64,000 nt of DNA from Ramazzottius varieornatus (lineage: Eukaryota > Animalia > Tardigrada): assembly GCA_001949185.1 (NCBI GenBank), contig BDGG01000008.1, positions 1,054,001 to 1,118,000 of the forward strand. The letters run 5' to 3'. The position numbers and the translations under genes were made by a program. This document shows, one piece after another, positions 34,702 through 48,547 of the stretch (position 1 is the first letter of the stretch; each line of letters opens with the position of its first letter). The notes under the pieces are model-generated. The model was not told the origin of the DNA. It saw nothing but the letters and a program-made list of their open reading frames with translations, and did no database searches.

Positions 34702-37700
34702 ATGAACAGGTTCGAGCAGCTGAGTGTGGAAGCGTATTCTTCGATCCTGAAGACTGAGGAGAATATTGCGAAGCAGCGATCGGTGGGCTTGTACGATGGA
34801 GAAGAAAGGGTAAGTCGTCATTCGGATATCCATTCCGACAGCAATAATTATTGTACGTGCTGCAACACTCTACCGAGGAGCAGATCTCATGTCCTCTCGT
34901 TAGCCCGACGACAGTAGTGTCCTAGAAACCTACGGCTCTGCCATGGTCCTGTGGGTTACATCTTTTCCTGAAGACCAGGCCGTCATGTGTCTCGCGGAAG
35001 TCATCGCAGACGACAAGTCCAAACAGATTTTATTGACTACAGTATCACGGAACTGAATTTCCAGTGTTCCATAGAACTGAGTTTCGCTCGATCAATTCTT
35101 TCACAGCAGCGTTCTCACGTCTAAGAGAAACGAGAATCCCCAACGAATCGTGATCTTTAGAGTTATGACATACTGGGCATACTCTGTCGAAAAGCAGCGA
35201 AAAAATAGCTTAATGATCAGACTATTTCCGTTGCTTCTTTTTCTGCAAGCCTTTTCCGAAATTCTTCTTTGCTTTCTTCCTGTTCTTATCATACCCTTCG
35301 ATGGGCTCCGTTACTTTCCTCTTCGCGTTCTTGTTTAGCGCCGTATCCAGGTCAGCATCTTCCGCTGCAATCTTATACTGATCGAGCGCCAAGTCTTTCA
35401 GAAGTTCTTTCTTTTCTTTGCTCGTCTTCTCGTACTCTTCCGCCGCTTCCTGCAGTTCGTCATCCAGCGACATGGCCAGCGGTTCCATGTTCGCTGCCTG
35501 ACTCCATATTTGCTTCCTTCCTTCGTTCAACGAGGCACCTATCCTTTGCTTGACCAAACCCTGGAAGTAGCTCGAGAACTTCTTGATGGTCTTACCGTGG
35601 AAGCCCAGCAGATGCGAGACTTGCATATTCAGGTCGGTCGATACTTCTTCCATCGTTTTTTTCTGCAGGCCCAGACCGATCAGCATCGACGTCTGGATAG
35701 CGCTGAGAGTCAGTCCGCCGAGCTGGCCCAAGAAGAACGTGCGTGCGAGGATGGGCAGAAGATCAGTGATGACGTGATGGTCGATCAGGTTGCGACTGTA
35801 TGCATCTAGCCGTCTCAAGTCGTACTTCGTCAAATGTTCTTCGGCTTGTTCGGCTGTAAAGGGCTTATAGAACGACTCTGGAGGCACGGCTTTATTGTTC
35901 AGAACATCCAGGGCCAGTACTGGAAGAAAAAGTTATGATGAGCTCATTCAACAAACCAGTATGAAATTTCCAGCGAACCGGAAGTGAACCGTTAGTAGAC
36001 CGGAAGTCGTCAATTTTTGAGTAGAAACTTGGCTTCGTACCAGGTTTGAATGTTTTGAACTGATAGCCGAGAAGATTGATGAATCGCCTTCGGAAATCGA
36101 TGAAGAACTCCCGTATCCATTCTTTTTGCCCTTCGCCTTCTCTTTCGAGTCCTCTGAGGAGAATGGCGCTGTGTTCTCCCGTTAGCTCGTTCTCAGTTTG
36201 ACGAAGGTACACCGGTACGTACCCAGCTCGCTTCCAGAACCTCAGCAACTCGATCGTCAGGCCAAAGGAAGCCCCTAACCAGTCGACTTTTTCGGCTCGT
36301 CGTTCTGTCAGCTTGAAGAGAAGTGGCGGAAGATCGCTTCTTGGCTTTACCTGCAAACAGAAAGAATCACCGAAATTTCCAACTATAATGGTAAATGAGT
36401 CTTGCCAGGTTTTTCTTACCTTTTCCTTGAGTAGATCGAGATCTTGTTCGTCTTTGATTTTGCTCAGTTCACTCGGCGCACTTTCGGCGGTCTCTTCGTC
36501 CGTCAGCGGAATCATGCCTTTGTAGTACTCTTCGATAAGAGTAAGAGCGCGACTTCCGTAGCCTTTGTTCTGGTAGTTCGGGTGGACGGCAATGCGGACT
36601 ATTCGAGCACCGGAAAGCGAGACAAAGTTGTTGTCTTGAAATTGTTGAGCCACAGTCCAGGGAATCATGTCCCCCGATGGGCGCATGCCATGGGAGAAGT
36701 TCCTCTCGGCACTCTTCTTCGAAATCGCGCCTTCCAAACACACCTAAAGACAGTCACCCAATATCGTTCAGGGTTGATTCGAAAAGAGTTGGATTTCTTA
36801 CCTGAACTACGCAGTACACTTCAGGCAACTCCAGCTTCGTGTTGTCGACAGGACCCAACAGGCAGAAGATATGGTGACCAGGAGCATCCGACAGCATTTG
36901 CAGGTCGTTAGGCGAGTTCTTGTAGTGCGAAGCCACCATGATGGCCATCACTCGTTGAAGGAACTCTTCTGAAGCTTTGTGGTAACAGAAGAGCGTGTCG
37001 CGGTTGATGTAGTACAGCTCGCAGTCTTTCGGAAGCGGAACACCTGAAGAAGAACCACGTTCATCGGTTTTCCTTAGAGTAATATTATATTGGATGGTTT
37101 TATTATCTACCTACCGCCTTGATAGCTCGCGTAGTTCTTCTCGACGGAGACGTTCAGGCACAACAGCTCGTTTAACCATGCTTCGACGGGATCTCCAGGC
37201 TTGTATCGAATACTTTCGTTCAGCTGGAGCTCTCGGAGTTTCCTGGCGTTGGCGTTGTTCCCGCTCGTCGATTGTTTCTTCAGCTGGTCGATCAGCTTCA
37301 AAGACAGCGCTCTGCCCGTACCTTCGTATCCGTTGATGGTGGAAGCCATGAAGACCAGATAGGGACCGATCAGTTCTCTCACGAGTGGCAGAGGAATCGC
37401 TGCGGCTTCGTCGATGACTACCAATTCAGCTTGGCCAAGTTTGTGCGCTTCGTTAGGCGAAATGTACTGAATGGTTTGTCGGTGGTTGCGGAAAATGTTG
37501 AGACGGACGACGGCTTTGTTTAGCGTTGGGTTCGTCGATTCGACCTGCAAAGGAAGGATAGGTAATTTCATCTTATTCGAAATTAGTATCTGAAGAACAG
37601 GACGTAAGCATATGAACTGAACCAGATCGTCATCTCAAGTGGCGCAGGTTTTCATTGGTACTGGCTAGAAGCGCTCGCCACTTGGGAAAACAATCTGGTA

Positions 37701-40700
37701 CAAGACATTTTGCCCAGGTCCCAAATAATCAGAAGATGCAGACAGTCCCGAACCTTCTCGTAGTCGGTGTGGTGAGCGTATCCAAGTGCGGAGAAACCCT
37801 TTTCGATGAACTCAAAGAGTGTCTTGAGGTTTTCAGGTGAAGGACTGGTCACAAAGATGTTGGCGTACCCATGGGCGACGGCTGAAGCGATGGCAAGACC
37901 CAAGGCCGCAGACTTGCCTCTTCCACGAGCTGCAGTCAGTGTGACGGTACTACGAAGGGTGCGTTCTGTGATTGCATCGACGAACTGGAGGAGAGCGTGA
38001 GCCTGGTCGACGGTACGGCAGCAGTTGATGAGGGACCCGACAGGTTGGGTGTCTTGCATGCTCTGTTTGATGGCTTTCAGCTCGTTGTCTTCTTCGCGCT
38101 CTTTGGCTTTGGGAACGGATGCGAGGGAATGCAGGTTGGCGATCTTAGAGGAGATTGGTAAGATGTTGTAACGCTGATCCATCACGATGGCCGCCTGACA
38201 AGAACCTGGAACAGAAAGGCACTGTCAAGTTTTGATACCTTGATTTCCATGTTACTGACGTTACAACGCATGACGTCACGATATGTCATTGCGTTAGCAT
38301 GTGTCATGTCATGCTGTAATGCATGAACACATGACGTCCCGAACTATAAAGTCCGGCGGTTTGATTGATTGATGCGTTGATTGACTACGTCTGATAAAGT
38401 AATATGGTCTTTTTTCCCACAATCTTACCAAGTGAAAGGATGAATCTTTCGTTAAATCGAGGAACAAGCTCTTCGTGCGCTTCCGTTCGATAGCGAGCGT
38501 GGACATCCATGGAGATGGTATACAGCTGTCGCAGCGAAGACACGCTTTTCAGCAGCAGAATAATCAGCCCACCGCCTTCGACAGTCTCCATCGTTCTGGC
38601 CAGGATGTTCGGCGTGATGGCTTCGAAATCTTGCAGGACGCACATGCCGAAAGTGTTACCGAGGATTTTGTGGGTGTCAGCGTAGAAGCAGTAGCGTATC
38701 TTCGTGGTGGCGACGAAGCGTTCGATGGGGTTGTTGTCGTTGATGCTGACATTACCACCAGCGCGAATCTTCCGGTCCAGCTGCTTTTTCTTGCGGTTGC
38801 CTCGGTTGGTGGTGCTGAAACCCAGACCGCCATCTTTGTCCTTCTTGTAACACCATAGGACTGTAGGCTGAGCACGAACCGAAGCTTGGCTGAGGATGTA
38901 GTGGAGATTAGGAATTTGCTCCTTGGCTTTGTCGCCGACGATGATAAACAACGAACGATGGTGATTCGCAACGCCGCTCTCGATCAGGAGCTTGATGCGG
39001 TTGTCGATCTTCTGTAGATTCTGCATCTTGCAGAGTTCGGTCCCGAAATCTCGTAGACAAGCATACAAATAGCAGGCCAACGATAACGAAGAAACAATCT
39101 TTCTGCGCGACTGTCCCACGATAATCTGAAATTCTGAATATTTCGTAATTTCGTTCTTCCCTCGTTGATAACCCCTCGAACCCCATTTTCACTTCGCACC
39201 GTTCGATTGATTGAGGATCGATTCTGTAATTCAGAGAACTGATCAGCAATCAAGCAAACGTGTCGTAGTAAAAGGAGGGTTTGAGGGGTATAGTACTGTA
39301 CCACCTTACCGAATCGGTCTTGTTCAGCCTTGTTGCGTTGGGTGATACACTTGGACTACTGTTTGAGCGCAAACTGCGCACTGCGGTTCTTATGGTGCGG
39401 ACCGCTTCCTCAAGTATCTTGTCAATTGACCTGATTTTCTTTTGCTGCAGTCTCCCGTTTTCGATCGAGGAATTCTTTATCTAACCCCCACGAACTTGAT
39501 ATGGATCGACGAAGAGGATGAGGTGAGAGTAGAAGTGTGATCCGCATTCGGAGCGCATCACGCATGGCCGAACTGGGTTCGATGGGCTGTTAATCAGCCT
39601 ACTTCCGGCTTTTAAATCTTGGACATGTTCCTAGCTTGTCGTTCCCTTATACTATGCCTGTGCTACCTTATTGTGCTTTTTTTAGTCATTGGCCATCAGA
39701 CTACATCTTTCAACTATCATTCTAGCGGAAGACCAACGCGCGGGATCCGACCAAAGGTAAGCTTGAGTCTCTATACGCTCCCTGCAGAGTGTACAGTCGC
39801 ATGTATTTCCTGTCTGGAGTAACCGATGCTTATCGCTTTGTCATGTGGCTACGACCTATCGTTCCATCGCTTGCAGCTCCAAGATTAGTCTGCACTTGAA
39901 CCCGCCTTCGGAAAACTTTTCGCCCGTTCAAGTCAGCGAAGCCAACCATGTCAAGCTGTCATTCAGGGAAGGCGGCATGACCGAGGTACCGTAATACATC
40001 GCGGAAGGTTTCTTGACGGTCTGACACCCGTAAATTTTCAGTAGTATTGATATCACTAATGTTTCTTTCAGTAGTTCTTTCGCCGTCTGTCGGACACTTT
40101 GATGAGGAAACGATGGGAGACCGTGGTCGGTGTAAAACCTGTTGGTCCTCCGGTGTGTACGATAGTAATACCCCTGCTGAGTAGTGATGATGAAATTTAA
40201 TGACCAATCCTGTTGGCTGTAAGCCTGCAACCGTTAAACCAATCTTCAATACCGGTATTACTGTTTTAGAGTCGTCGGGAAATGCGGACAGGTATTTCGG
40301 GCATCGAGAAGACTCTTCAGGCTCAGCAAGCTACTGTGAACATTCATATCAGCAAAGCCTTCGAAGACCTAAGCAACCTGATGACCATGGCTAAAGACAC
40401 GGTGAACCTGACCAAGAACCTGGTTTCGCGCCTGAAGAACAAGCAAGGAGAAATAACAGAAGATGAAACAACGCAACTCAAGTCCTATCTATTGAGCCTG
40501 GGTGTGGACGATCCAGTCACTCGTGATGCCTATGGAAACGATAACTCGTACTACCGAGGACTGGCCATAGAAGTGTCCAGCGTCATGTCCAAGCCACTGA
40601 AGGTAATAGACCGGTATCCCGGAAACGCAGCAGTGTACGGTAAGGTTTCTCGTTGTAGGAAAAGGGTGGATTGATGACGCTAACCGACGTCTATGTGTAC

Positions 40701-41294
40701 GTTAATCGAGCTCGTGGGTTCGAGGTAAGTAGGTCGGTGTGCGCCGGGCTGCCTTGAGGGGAATGAGTCAGAGTGTTTAACTGTAGCATAGGGTTCTTGT
40801 TTTTCAGTTGGTTTCTCCTGAGGACTTGCTTCGTGCTTGTCGCTTGATGGAGTCTTTGCGTCTGCCGACCAAGCTGAAAGTTTTCGACTCGGGCGTGGTG
40901 ACACTCGAGCTGAGCGACCTGATGGATGCCGATGTGGTGAAGAGGACCAAAGAAGCGGTACGATTAGCTTTGTGCGATTAATCGAAACTCTCGTACAGCT
41001 GCAAACACTGTCAAAGACCTTTAGTTGCGACTCTAGGACGATCCTGTTTATTTGTAGCTGGACAAGTCACCATTGACACCGGAAATGCTGTCGAGAGAGT
41101 TTGGAATATCGGTGGTTCTAGCCCGAGAGATGTAAGTTTTCGGCTAACTTGCAACCATGATGCAGTGCTCGTAGTGTAACGTTTCCGTATTGGTTCATAG
41201 GCTGCTGCTGGCGGAAGCTCGAGGCGCTGCCTGTCGTGATGAGTCTATCGAAGGTCTGCGGTTCTTTCCAAATAAGTTCGTCTTGTCGAAATGA
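34702..41294 (+). CDS. VPS36: ESCRT-II subunit VPS36 (GLUE domain), 10 exons, intron 1 of 4.6 kb
   Basis: Exon 1 34702-34809 ([17 protein letters not shown]) joins in phase 0 to 39451-39522 ([12 protein letters not shown]). Later exons give [51 protein letters not shown] and [14 protein letters not shown]. Confidence 0.9.
35222..39026 (-). CDS. NAT10: RNA cytidine acetyltransferase NAT10/Kre33
   Basis: [83 protein letters not shown]. Multi-exon. Confidence 0.97.
37621..37699. repeat. Family A palindromic repeat in a NAT10 intron
   Basis: ACCAGATCGTCATCTCAAGTGGCG ... CGCCACTTGGGAAAACAATCTGGT. Confidence 0.8.
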
Positions 41295-41553
41295 CATTTT
41301 CTTTGATCCTCTGATGCGTCTCATTTACACTGTTTACTTCCGGTGTTACGCGAATCACCATGTGTTAATAACCGAGCTTTCAAGTACGCATTAATTTTCA
41401 ACCCCCGCCGGTCAACGTGAGCAGCTGATTGACTTTGTCTTTGTGGTTGTTTTCTGTGCGGCTCTCAACTCTCTGTATAAGCAATTTCCGTGCTGAATTT
41501 ATGAATATCGCTGGAAGAGCTTATAAGGGCGTCTGGATAGTTAAAACTTCATT

Positions 41554-42267
41554 ATGACCAGACCGCTTGCTCTTATAATCTTCCTGGTTGCTATCCTGAC
41601 AAACACTGATCCAAGTCGCTCCGACGCTGGCTCTGACCCGGTGAATTATCTCTTCCGAGGACCGGTCACTGCTGTTGCGGCCATAGCTGGAGAAGGGGAG
41701 CATGCTGGGATCAAAGGGTCTTTGACTTTCCTACAGAAGAGTCTAGACGGAAGAACGGTAATAAACGGAACGATAAGTGGCTTACCTGAAGGTAAGAGTC
41801 ATTTATTCTGCGAGTATGCAATATGGGAAGCTCAGTTGGGTCCTTGCAGGAAAACATGGACTTCACATCGTCGATTCAGGTGACATGACGAAAGGATGTT
41901 ACATCACGACGGCCAAGGGCCATTTAAATCCATTCAACCTATCACATGGAGCTCCCAGTGATAGTGCGCGACATGTTGGGGACCTCGGAAACATCTATGC
42001 TGATGGTGAGCCTAACTTTTCGCGTTCAAATTGGAATTTACAATTACATGTATTGAGTTTTACAAATTTGTTTTAGACACGGGGATATCAGTAATCAATC
42101 TAACAGATACAGTTATTTCGTTGTTTCCAACTCCTGCTTTTGTTATTGGAAGAATACTTGTGATACACACGACGTACGATGATCTTGGACGAGGCGGAAG
42201 TCCAGTCAGCAAAGTCAACGGCAACGCCGGAGGACGTTTGGCTTGCGGAATAATATCCTACGTGTGA
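41554..42267 (+). CDS. SOD: Secreted Cu/Zn superoxide dismutase-like protein with His->Val87 at a Cu ligand (matches what I recall of RvSOD15)
   Basis: Exons 41554-41791, 41851-42005, 42077-42267. Signal peptide; HGLHIV87DSGD (canonical HGFHVHEFGD), [33 protein letters not shown]. Confidence 0.95.
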
Positions 42268-42576
42268 ATCAGTCTAACACGTCGTACCGGGACGTACCTC
42301 GTTCCTGTGATGGTCGCACAGATCTAATCAAGTCATCGGATACTTCATACACAATATCCATAATATCATATCGAGCTACGGCCAATGCGACTTCTCATGG
42401 ATGACCCCCAAGATACTTATCAGGATATAGTTTGATTGAAAAACCACTGAAAGGAAAATATGTCCGATGACGATACAAGTACTTCGGAAAGTGGGAAAGG
42501 ACACAGCTGAGGCTCGTATGGCGAGAATATGGGAGAATATGCAGAAGAAAAAAGCACTAGAGAGGCGCTTCCGGTC

Positions 42577-43708
42577 CTAGTCCATTCTTGTCTTGATCGT
42601 GCGAGTGGTGACTTTGTCCTTCTCACTATACCGACGAAAGCAATAGAAAATGAATTAGTAACCCTGTCATGAATGAACCACCGGTTGGATCTTTGCTATT
42701 CGAAATCTCGCAAAATAATCTTCGAGGGAAGCTACTGACATAACGTGAATCGTAGCACCGGCTCCTCCCAAGCAGTCAAAATCCACAGCGTTCAAGATGA
42801 CTTGAGACAAAGTCTCGAAGAGATCCTCCGGAGCCTGAAACGATCGAGACAGTCCATGAATCTCTGCTCGTCTTTCGCGCTCGCGAACACACTCGAGAGA
42901 AATTTCATAGTATTGCTGAACATTTACCAGATCTGGTTCCCACAAAGCCTCGCAAAGACCAAGCAAAGACTCTTCGGCTGTGCCAGCCACCGCAAAAGGC
43001 TCGTTAACTTCACCAGCGCCAAGAACGTCCATAGCAGTCACAAACGGCTCATCTGTCTCCGGATCCAAGCCAGCGATCACCGAAGCGACGTAGTACGGTC
43101 CAAACCTGCCAGAGAGACAATTTAGAATAATATCGCGGCGACACCAACGCATTCGATTTTCTTTCCGCATCTCAATATTCACTGACACTTCTCCGGCACG
43201 ATATCACGGTTATTAAGTATGCAGTAATACCAAGAAGAATTCGACCGCAGCTGGAGATAACCAACCTTCTCTCATACAGCATGCTTTCGACCATTGCCTT
43301 GAAGGTGTGAGGACGAATCTTTCGATTTTCGCGCAGCTCGTACAAATTCACGCGAAACTTCAGCTTGTTCACCCTGAAACAGAACTGCACATTCGCCTCG
43401 GGACAGCCATACTTGAAAAAGCGAAGACTTGATCTTACACTGTCAGTGAGTCGGTGGTGAGGCCAGGTAAGCCAATGAATAAAGCTGGTCCCATTTCGAA
43501 TACTTTGGGGAAATCGGTGCTCACAGTGAGACGTCCAGCTCCCAAGCGATGATCCGAGGCGATCGCCACACAATTCTTTCCTTTCATTGCCACACAAACA
43601 CCTCCATTATAGTTGAACGGATTCTGAAATCAAACGGGCAAAGCGAACCCATCGGCCGGAAATGTCCAAGCTCAACGAAACAGGTCTTTCATCGTATCGA
43701 CTCACCAT
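42577..43708 (-). CDS. PSMB3: Proteasome subunit beta type-3
   Basis: ATG micro-exon, then [48 protein letters not shown], and the end TRTIKTRMD*. Confidence 0.95.
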
Positions 43709-44227
43709 CTTCCCCAACAAGACCTGATGCTGAATATGGTCACCGTGCCAGAAATGGATTAAGACGATTCCGTCAACGTAACCAAATCCGAGAGCAGCGA
43801 CAAAGAATCGAATCCAAAGTCCAAACGGAACTGATGAAAGGATCTTTCATAATCAAAGAAATACTGTAATGCTGGATTAACTTAAGAGAATGAGGAGAGG
43901 TCTCAGAGGAGAAGTCGAAATGTGCTGATGTCATTCACCTGGCCACGAGGTAATCACCACCGTATGTTTTCAATCAGCAAAACGTTACCGTTTACCATCC
44001 TTATAACAAGTGTATGCAGGTGCTCGACGCGAACTATATAGCGGTTCTGAGGTAAACGCACAAATACGTCACAATGGCTCATCATAACATCACAGCTAAC
44101 GCTCCTCGACCCCGATCCAGAACTAAATTTCTTACGCAGCTAACCGGAGACTTTCTTTCCATTTTCGTTTTCCTCCTGAGACTCTTCGCTACTTGATCTG
44201 CATTGAATTTTAAGAGCCGCCGGCGCG

Positions 44228-45359
44228 ATGGATCGTGAAAGGTTCATACTGGACTGCATCGCACCACACTATAAAGGATGCAAAGCTGAGTTCTCAGAAT
44301 GCGACACCCTTATTGACTACCTGGCGCACTGTATGGAATGTCCGGAGATAAGTAAGGCCACACGATCTCAATTGGTGGACGTAGGTAAAATGATAACGTC
44401 CACAACACCTACCATAAAATCTTGCAAGTAAGACAGAATGCAAGCATCCCTGTTATGCGATTACAGAAAATCTGATGTCCGAAGCTACTCGAATGAGTGA
44501 TCCAGACTGGTTTAACGTACTGTGAAGAACTCAAAGCAAGCGGTACGTGGGAATGGCTGTACAACGCATTATCAATTTGGGACCCATTCTAATTCAGAAG
44601 GCTTGGCATTGATATTTTCAGGATATGGCCAATAATCTGACCGGAAGATTCGCCCGGTATATCAGAGATTCTAGGAAAACTGCCCGACCTGCAGATGGCG
44701 CTCTCTGACTCGCCAACGCGTTACGTGTGGGAGATACGTCGAAGTCTCAGTTCTTCGGAGTAGAAACTCGAGAAGATCGTGCAGCGTGAGGATACTTGAA
44801 GGTAAATTGGCTGCATGCATTCACATGGTAGCTGCGAAATACGGTAGGGCTAATTTGTGTATAACTGCTTTTTTGGTCGCTTCTGCTCCGCAGCTGACAT
44901 GTCCGCTTCCGACGGACTTTATGGAAATGTGGACTGTGTTATCAAGCTGTCGCTCAGGTCTGATGGGATTCGTTGCAGAGGAAGCACTTTGGACGAATTG
45001 AGAAAGCAAGGTAGTACGCCTCACGCTCGACGTAATGTACGTTTTCTGTTAGACAACTCTCAGCTGATGTAGCTGGAATTCGTGTGCGATTCTTATTTCT
45101 AGCTGTCGAACAAGGTAAGTCTCAGTATTCGGAATCGTTCTGGAACCAGAATACTTTGGTGTGCGCCGACGATGGCTGTGAAGTGAAGGACATGGAATCT
45201 CTCAGAGAAAAACTGGTCAAAGGAAGGCATCTCCTCTTCTTGATTAGTCCGATTATATCGTCTTTCCTCGAGCGCTCAATCAACATGGACCACGTAATGC
45301 GAAAGTACGAGGAGCTGAAGGCGGTCAGCAAAAACATAGAACACACCATGCGCGTCTAG
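44228..45359 (+). pseudogene. Probable multi-exon pseudogene of an unrecognised gene
   Basis: Five exon-like segments with GT-AG borders. The first and last two are open; the middle ones contain in-frame TGA, TGA and TAG plus an apparent frameshift. Confidence 0.4.
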
Positions 45360-45383
45360 GCCTGTGACAAGACGCGACGAGCT

Positions 45384-45459
45384 GATTTGGAGGTACTCGT
45401 ACGAACAGTTCTCGACGTTCAGATTTGGAGGTACTCGTACGAACAGTTCTCGACGTTCA
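45384..45459. repeat. Perfect 38-bp tandem duplication
   Basis: GATTTGGAGGTACTCGTACGAACAGTTCTCGACGTTCA twice. Confidence 0.95.
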
Positions 45460-46289
45460 TATTCCCGTTGCATGACGAATGATCATAAGATCAAAGATTG
45501 CATCGCTGAACTAAGCAGTTGGCTTATTTCAGGATATAGCGTATGCTCGTCCGGCTTTACTAACCAGGCGAAGTGGAGAATCTAGAAGAACTATCGCGAA
45601 CCAGCAGGATCAAATCCAGGAAACCTTAGAAGCTACTGACATTAATAATATGTTCTAGTTTATAGTTTTTGCTCGCTGTTTAGACTACAGAAGCGAAACC
45701 TGTTCTCAGAATGTGATTCCAACATCGGTGGGCTTGTTGGTACTCGGTGAGGTCCCTGCCAACATTACCCATGCATTTCTAATACTAGAAGTTACAAAGA
45801 AGTCTCTAGTTCCAGTTCTTCCTAATGGCCGGATCAGACCATCGGATAGAGTACGTAAGTCCGGCGTATGAAGGCTGATAAGTCGGGTCTCCTTCCGGTT
45901 TTCCGTTGACGGTAACAGCGACGCGGATAAAACCACTAGGGAAGTGGGCTCGGACTTCTTTCAAGCTTTCGCGGACGCTCGCTGTGAAGACGCCGTTGGC
46001 TGTGGTAATTTGAGCTGACAATACTGTCCCTTCTACTGCTTCGATAGTTCGTGAATTGCATGTACAAGATAGTTATCAAGACAAGCTGAACTTCTCCTAA
46101 TTTCAGGCACAAGGCTATCAAGACAGGAAGAACTACTGACAATTTACTTAGTATTGAAAGTTGTCGGCTTGGTCACTGAGTGGCGAACATCACTTTGCAC
46201 CACCACAAAATAGTCGAGCAAGTGAGATAAATGATACGAGTACGAGTATGCAATATGAAACGAGAAAATTGTAAAGAAATGTCAAAATT

Positions 46290-47937
46290 TTAAAAAAAAA
46301 CCACTCTTTGTTCTGGAAAGACCGCAGACGAATTCTCGTTCGATCCGTACCCCAAGGACTCCGTCGGATCAATGAGGTACTCCTTGTACGAGCCTGTCTC
46401 CGTACTGCTCGTCTGGACTTCCTTCGACTGCAAAGCTCTTTCCTTCTGGGAAGCTCGCAGCCTGTACCCAGTCTTGTAGTCCGAAATGTTCAGCATGATC
46501 GCCATGAGGAACCCCACGCCCGCACATGACCCCAACAGCCATACCACATCATCCCACACTTCCATTCTGCTCTTGTTACTCTGGTTCAACAGTACCCCAA
46601 TCAACGCGTTGGAGACTCCAACACCAAACATTTGAAAACTGCTAAGTAAGCCCATGGCGGTTCCCACACCGCTCTCAGGCACCAGCAACGGCGCACAGCT
46701 CCAGGCGATGGCTGCTACGAGGGTGTATGCCACACCCATCATCAAACAGAACAATATGGGAGGAAACCAAGGAATGGTAACTAGAAGGATGTAACCGGAA
46801 AGAAGGATCGTGGGCGCTGCGAGAACCCACAGCCCACGACGGCCCCAACGATCTGACAGGAACCCAAACAACGGAGAAATCAAAGCGATGTCGTACGTTG
46901 AACCGGCAATGTAACCGGCGTAGGATGGAGTATAGTGGAATCGATCCTGTAAAAGGAGAAAATGTCAGATCGCATGAAACAAAAAGGAAGAGATATTTGA
47001 GTCGCTGCAAAGTGCGTCCATTCTACGGTCAGCAACACGGTGCCCACCCTTCGGCGCGCCATATAGATGTACGCAATGGCGAGCATTGTGGTGGACTTGC
47101 TTACCTCGAAATAATGTGGCGCTTCCGCGACGAACGGAAGGACTCCCGCGTAGAAAAAGACGAGGAACAAAGCTAGAACCCAAAACGAAGGAGTAAATTG
47201 CTTGATCATTCCGATCCGGAATGGCTCGGTGCTTTCCTCTGAAGCCTCACGGCCCAGTCGACGCAGTCCGATGGAGTGGATGTAACCCGCGACAACGCCT
47301 CCCACCAGTCCCACACCACATAACGCCGTTCCTAGCCACAACGTGGGCCTTAACCCAATGGCCTCCGCAACGTTCTCAGTTAAGAGGAAGTTGACTACGC
47401 TACCTAGACGTCCAGCAACGATGTTGATGGCGAAGGCTAGTCCGAGCTCCTTGTCCTTGAACCAGAGTGAGAGCAGACGACTGGTCACTACGCTGGCCGA
47501 CGTCGACCCAACTCCGAAGATCATTCGCCCGCACATCATTAGGATAAAGGAGGTCTGCTCGTTGTCGAAGTAGACGCTCGAGGAAAAGATTGCTCTAAAA
47601 GGGAGAAAAGATTGGAACAAGGAAATTTTTCGGAGAGCAGTTTTTCTTACGAGCCAAGGAAGAATAATATTCCGAAGCTTGTCAGCGTCCATCTGCAGCC
47701 CAGTTTGTCTGCGATAATTCCGGAGAACGGGACGATGCATGCTCCGAACCAGGCGTAAACTGCGAAGAGGAGGTCGTACTGGACGGCAGTCAAATGGAGA
47801 CATTTATCCCGTCCTTCGAGGCAAGCCGAGGCGTTGAAGGTGAGACGATCGTGGACGACGCTCGGGACATCGTAAAAATAATCTGCGCTGAAGGAGATGA
47901 AGCTTGTGGAGAGGAGGATGGGCCACCTTACAGACAT
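46290..47937 (-). CDS. MFSD1: MFS transporter, MFSD1-like (lysosomal)
   Basis: FSADYFYDVP, QYDLLFAVYAW, GIIADKLGCR, GRMIFGVG, WFKDKELGLAFA, ISPLFGFLSDRWGRR, GTAMG. An upstream coding exon cannot be excluded. Confidence 0.85.
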
Positions 47938-48316
47938 CTTCTTCCTCTAGAGTACAGAGAAGGATGAATCTCAGGTGGAGAAGACCAGCCACAAGATGTA
48001 TATAAAGACGCACAAAATGGCCAGATTCCAGAAGACATATAGCCTATCTCCGCGCATCCCGACGAGCTGCCCGTTGTTCACACCATCGTCTCAACATTCC
48101 CTGTACCTGGCTTTGACGACGCTTCCAGAAGATCTCTAGGAGCCCCGCCAGAAGTTAAATTGCAAGGCAAAGATAGAGGCTGGGGACCTCAACACGCAGG
48201 AATGCGAATGAATGAAAGTTGAATTGTTGACTGCTGATTCAGCTGTTACCCACAAACAAAACAAACATGACGTCATCAATGACTCGTTCGGAGTCGTTCC
48301 GGTAAACACTGAAGAG

Positions 48317-48547
48317 CAGTGTTATTTTAATCATATAATAGGAAATCGATTTTAATAATTAAAATCGTTTTAATTGTGCGGGTTGTTGTTCGCTTGATTG
48401 ATCGATCCATAATAGGAAATCAAACTTTTATTTTAATAATTGAAATTCGTGAGCGATAATTGATTTTGATTACAGTCAGCTGATCCCGTAGACTTAACAT
48501 TAGCACGTGACTTTTAATAATTTTAATTGCATAGTAAAATAACACTG
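48317..48547. mobile_element. hAT-superfamily MITE (231 bp)
   Basis: 8-bp TSD CTGAAGAG (48309-48316, 48548-48555); perfect 13-bp TIR CAGTGTTATTTTA/TAAAATAACACTG; AT-rich interior with repeated TTTTAATAATT. Confidence 0.9.

Noticed and set aside
44467-44800. Selenocysteine read-through of in-frame TGA codons
   Set aside because: The same frame also has a TAG and a frameshift, and no SECIS is evident.
45806-46142. Small minus-strand ORFs downstream of MFSD1
   Set aside because: No start codon or upstream exon could be linked and no family was recognised.
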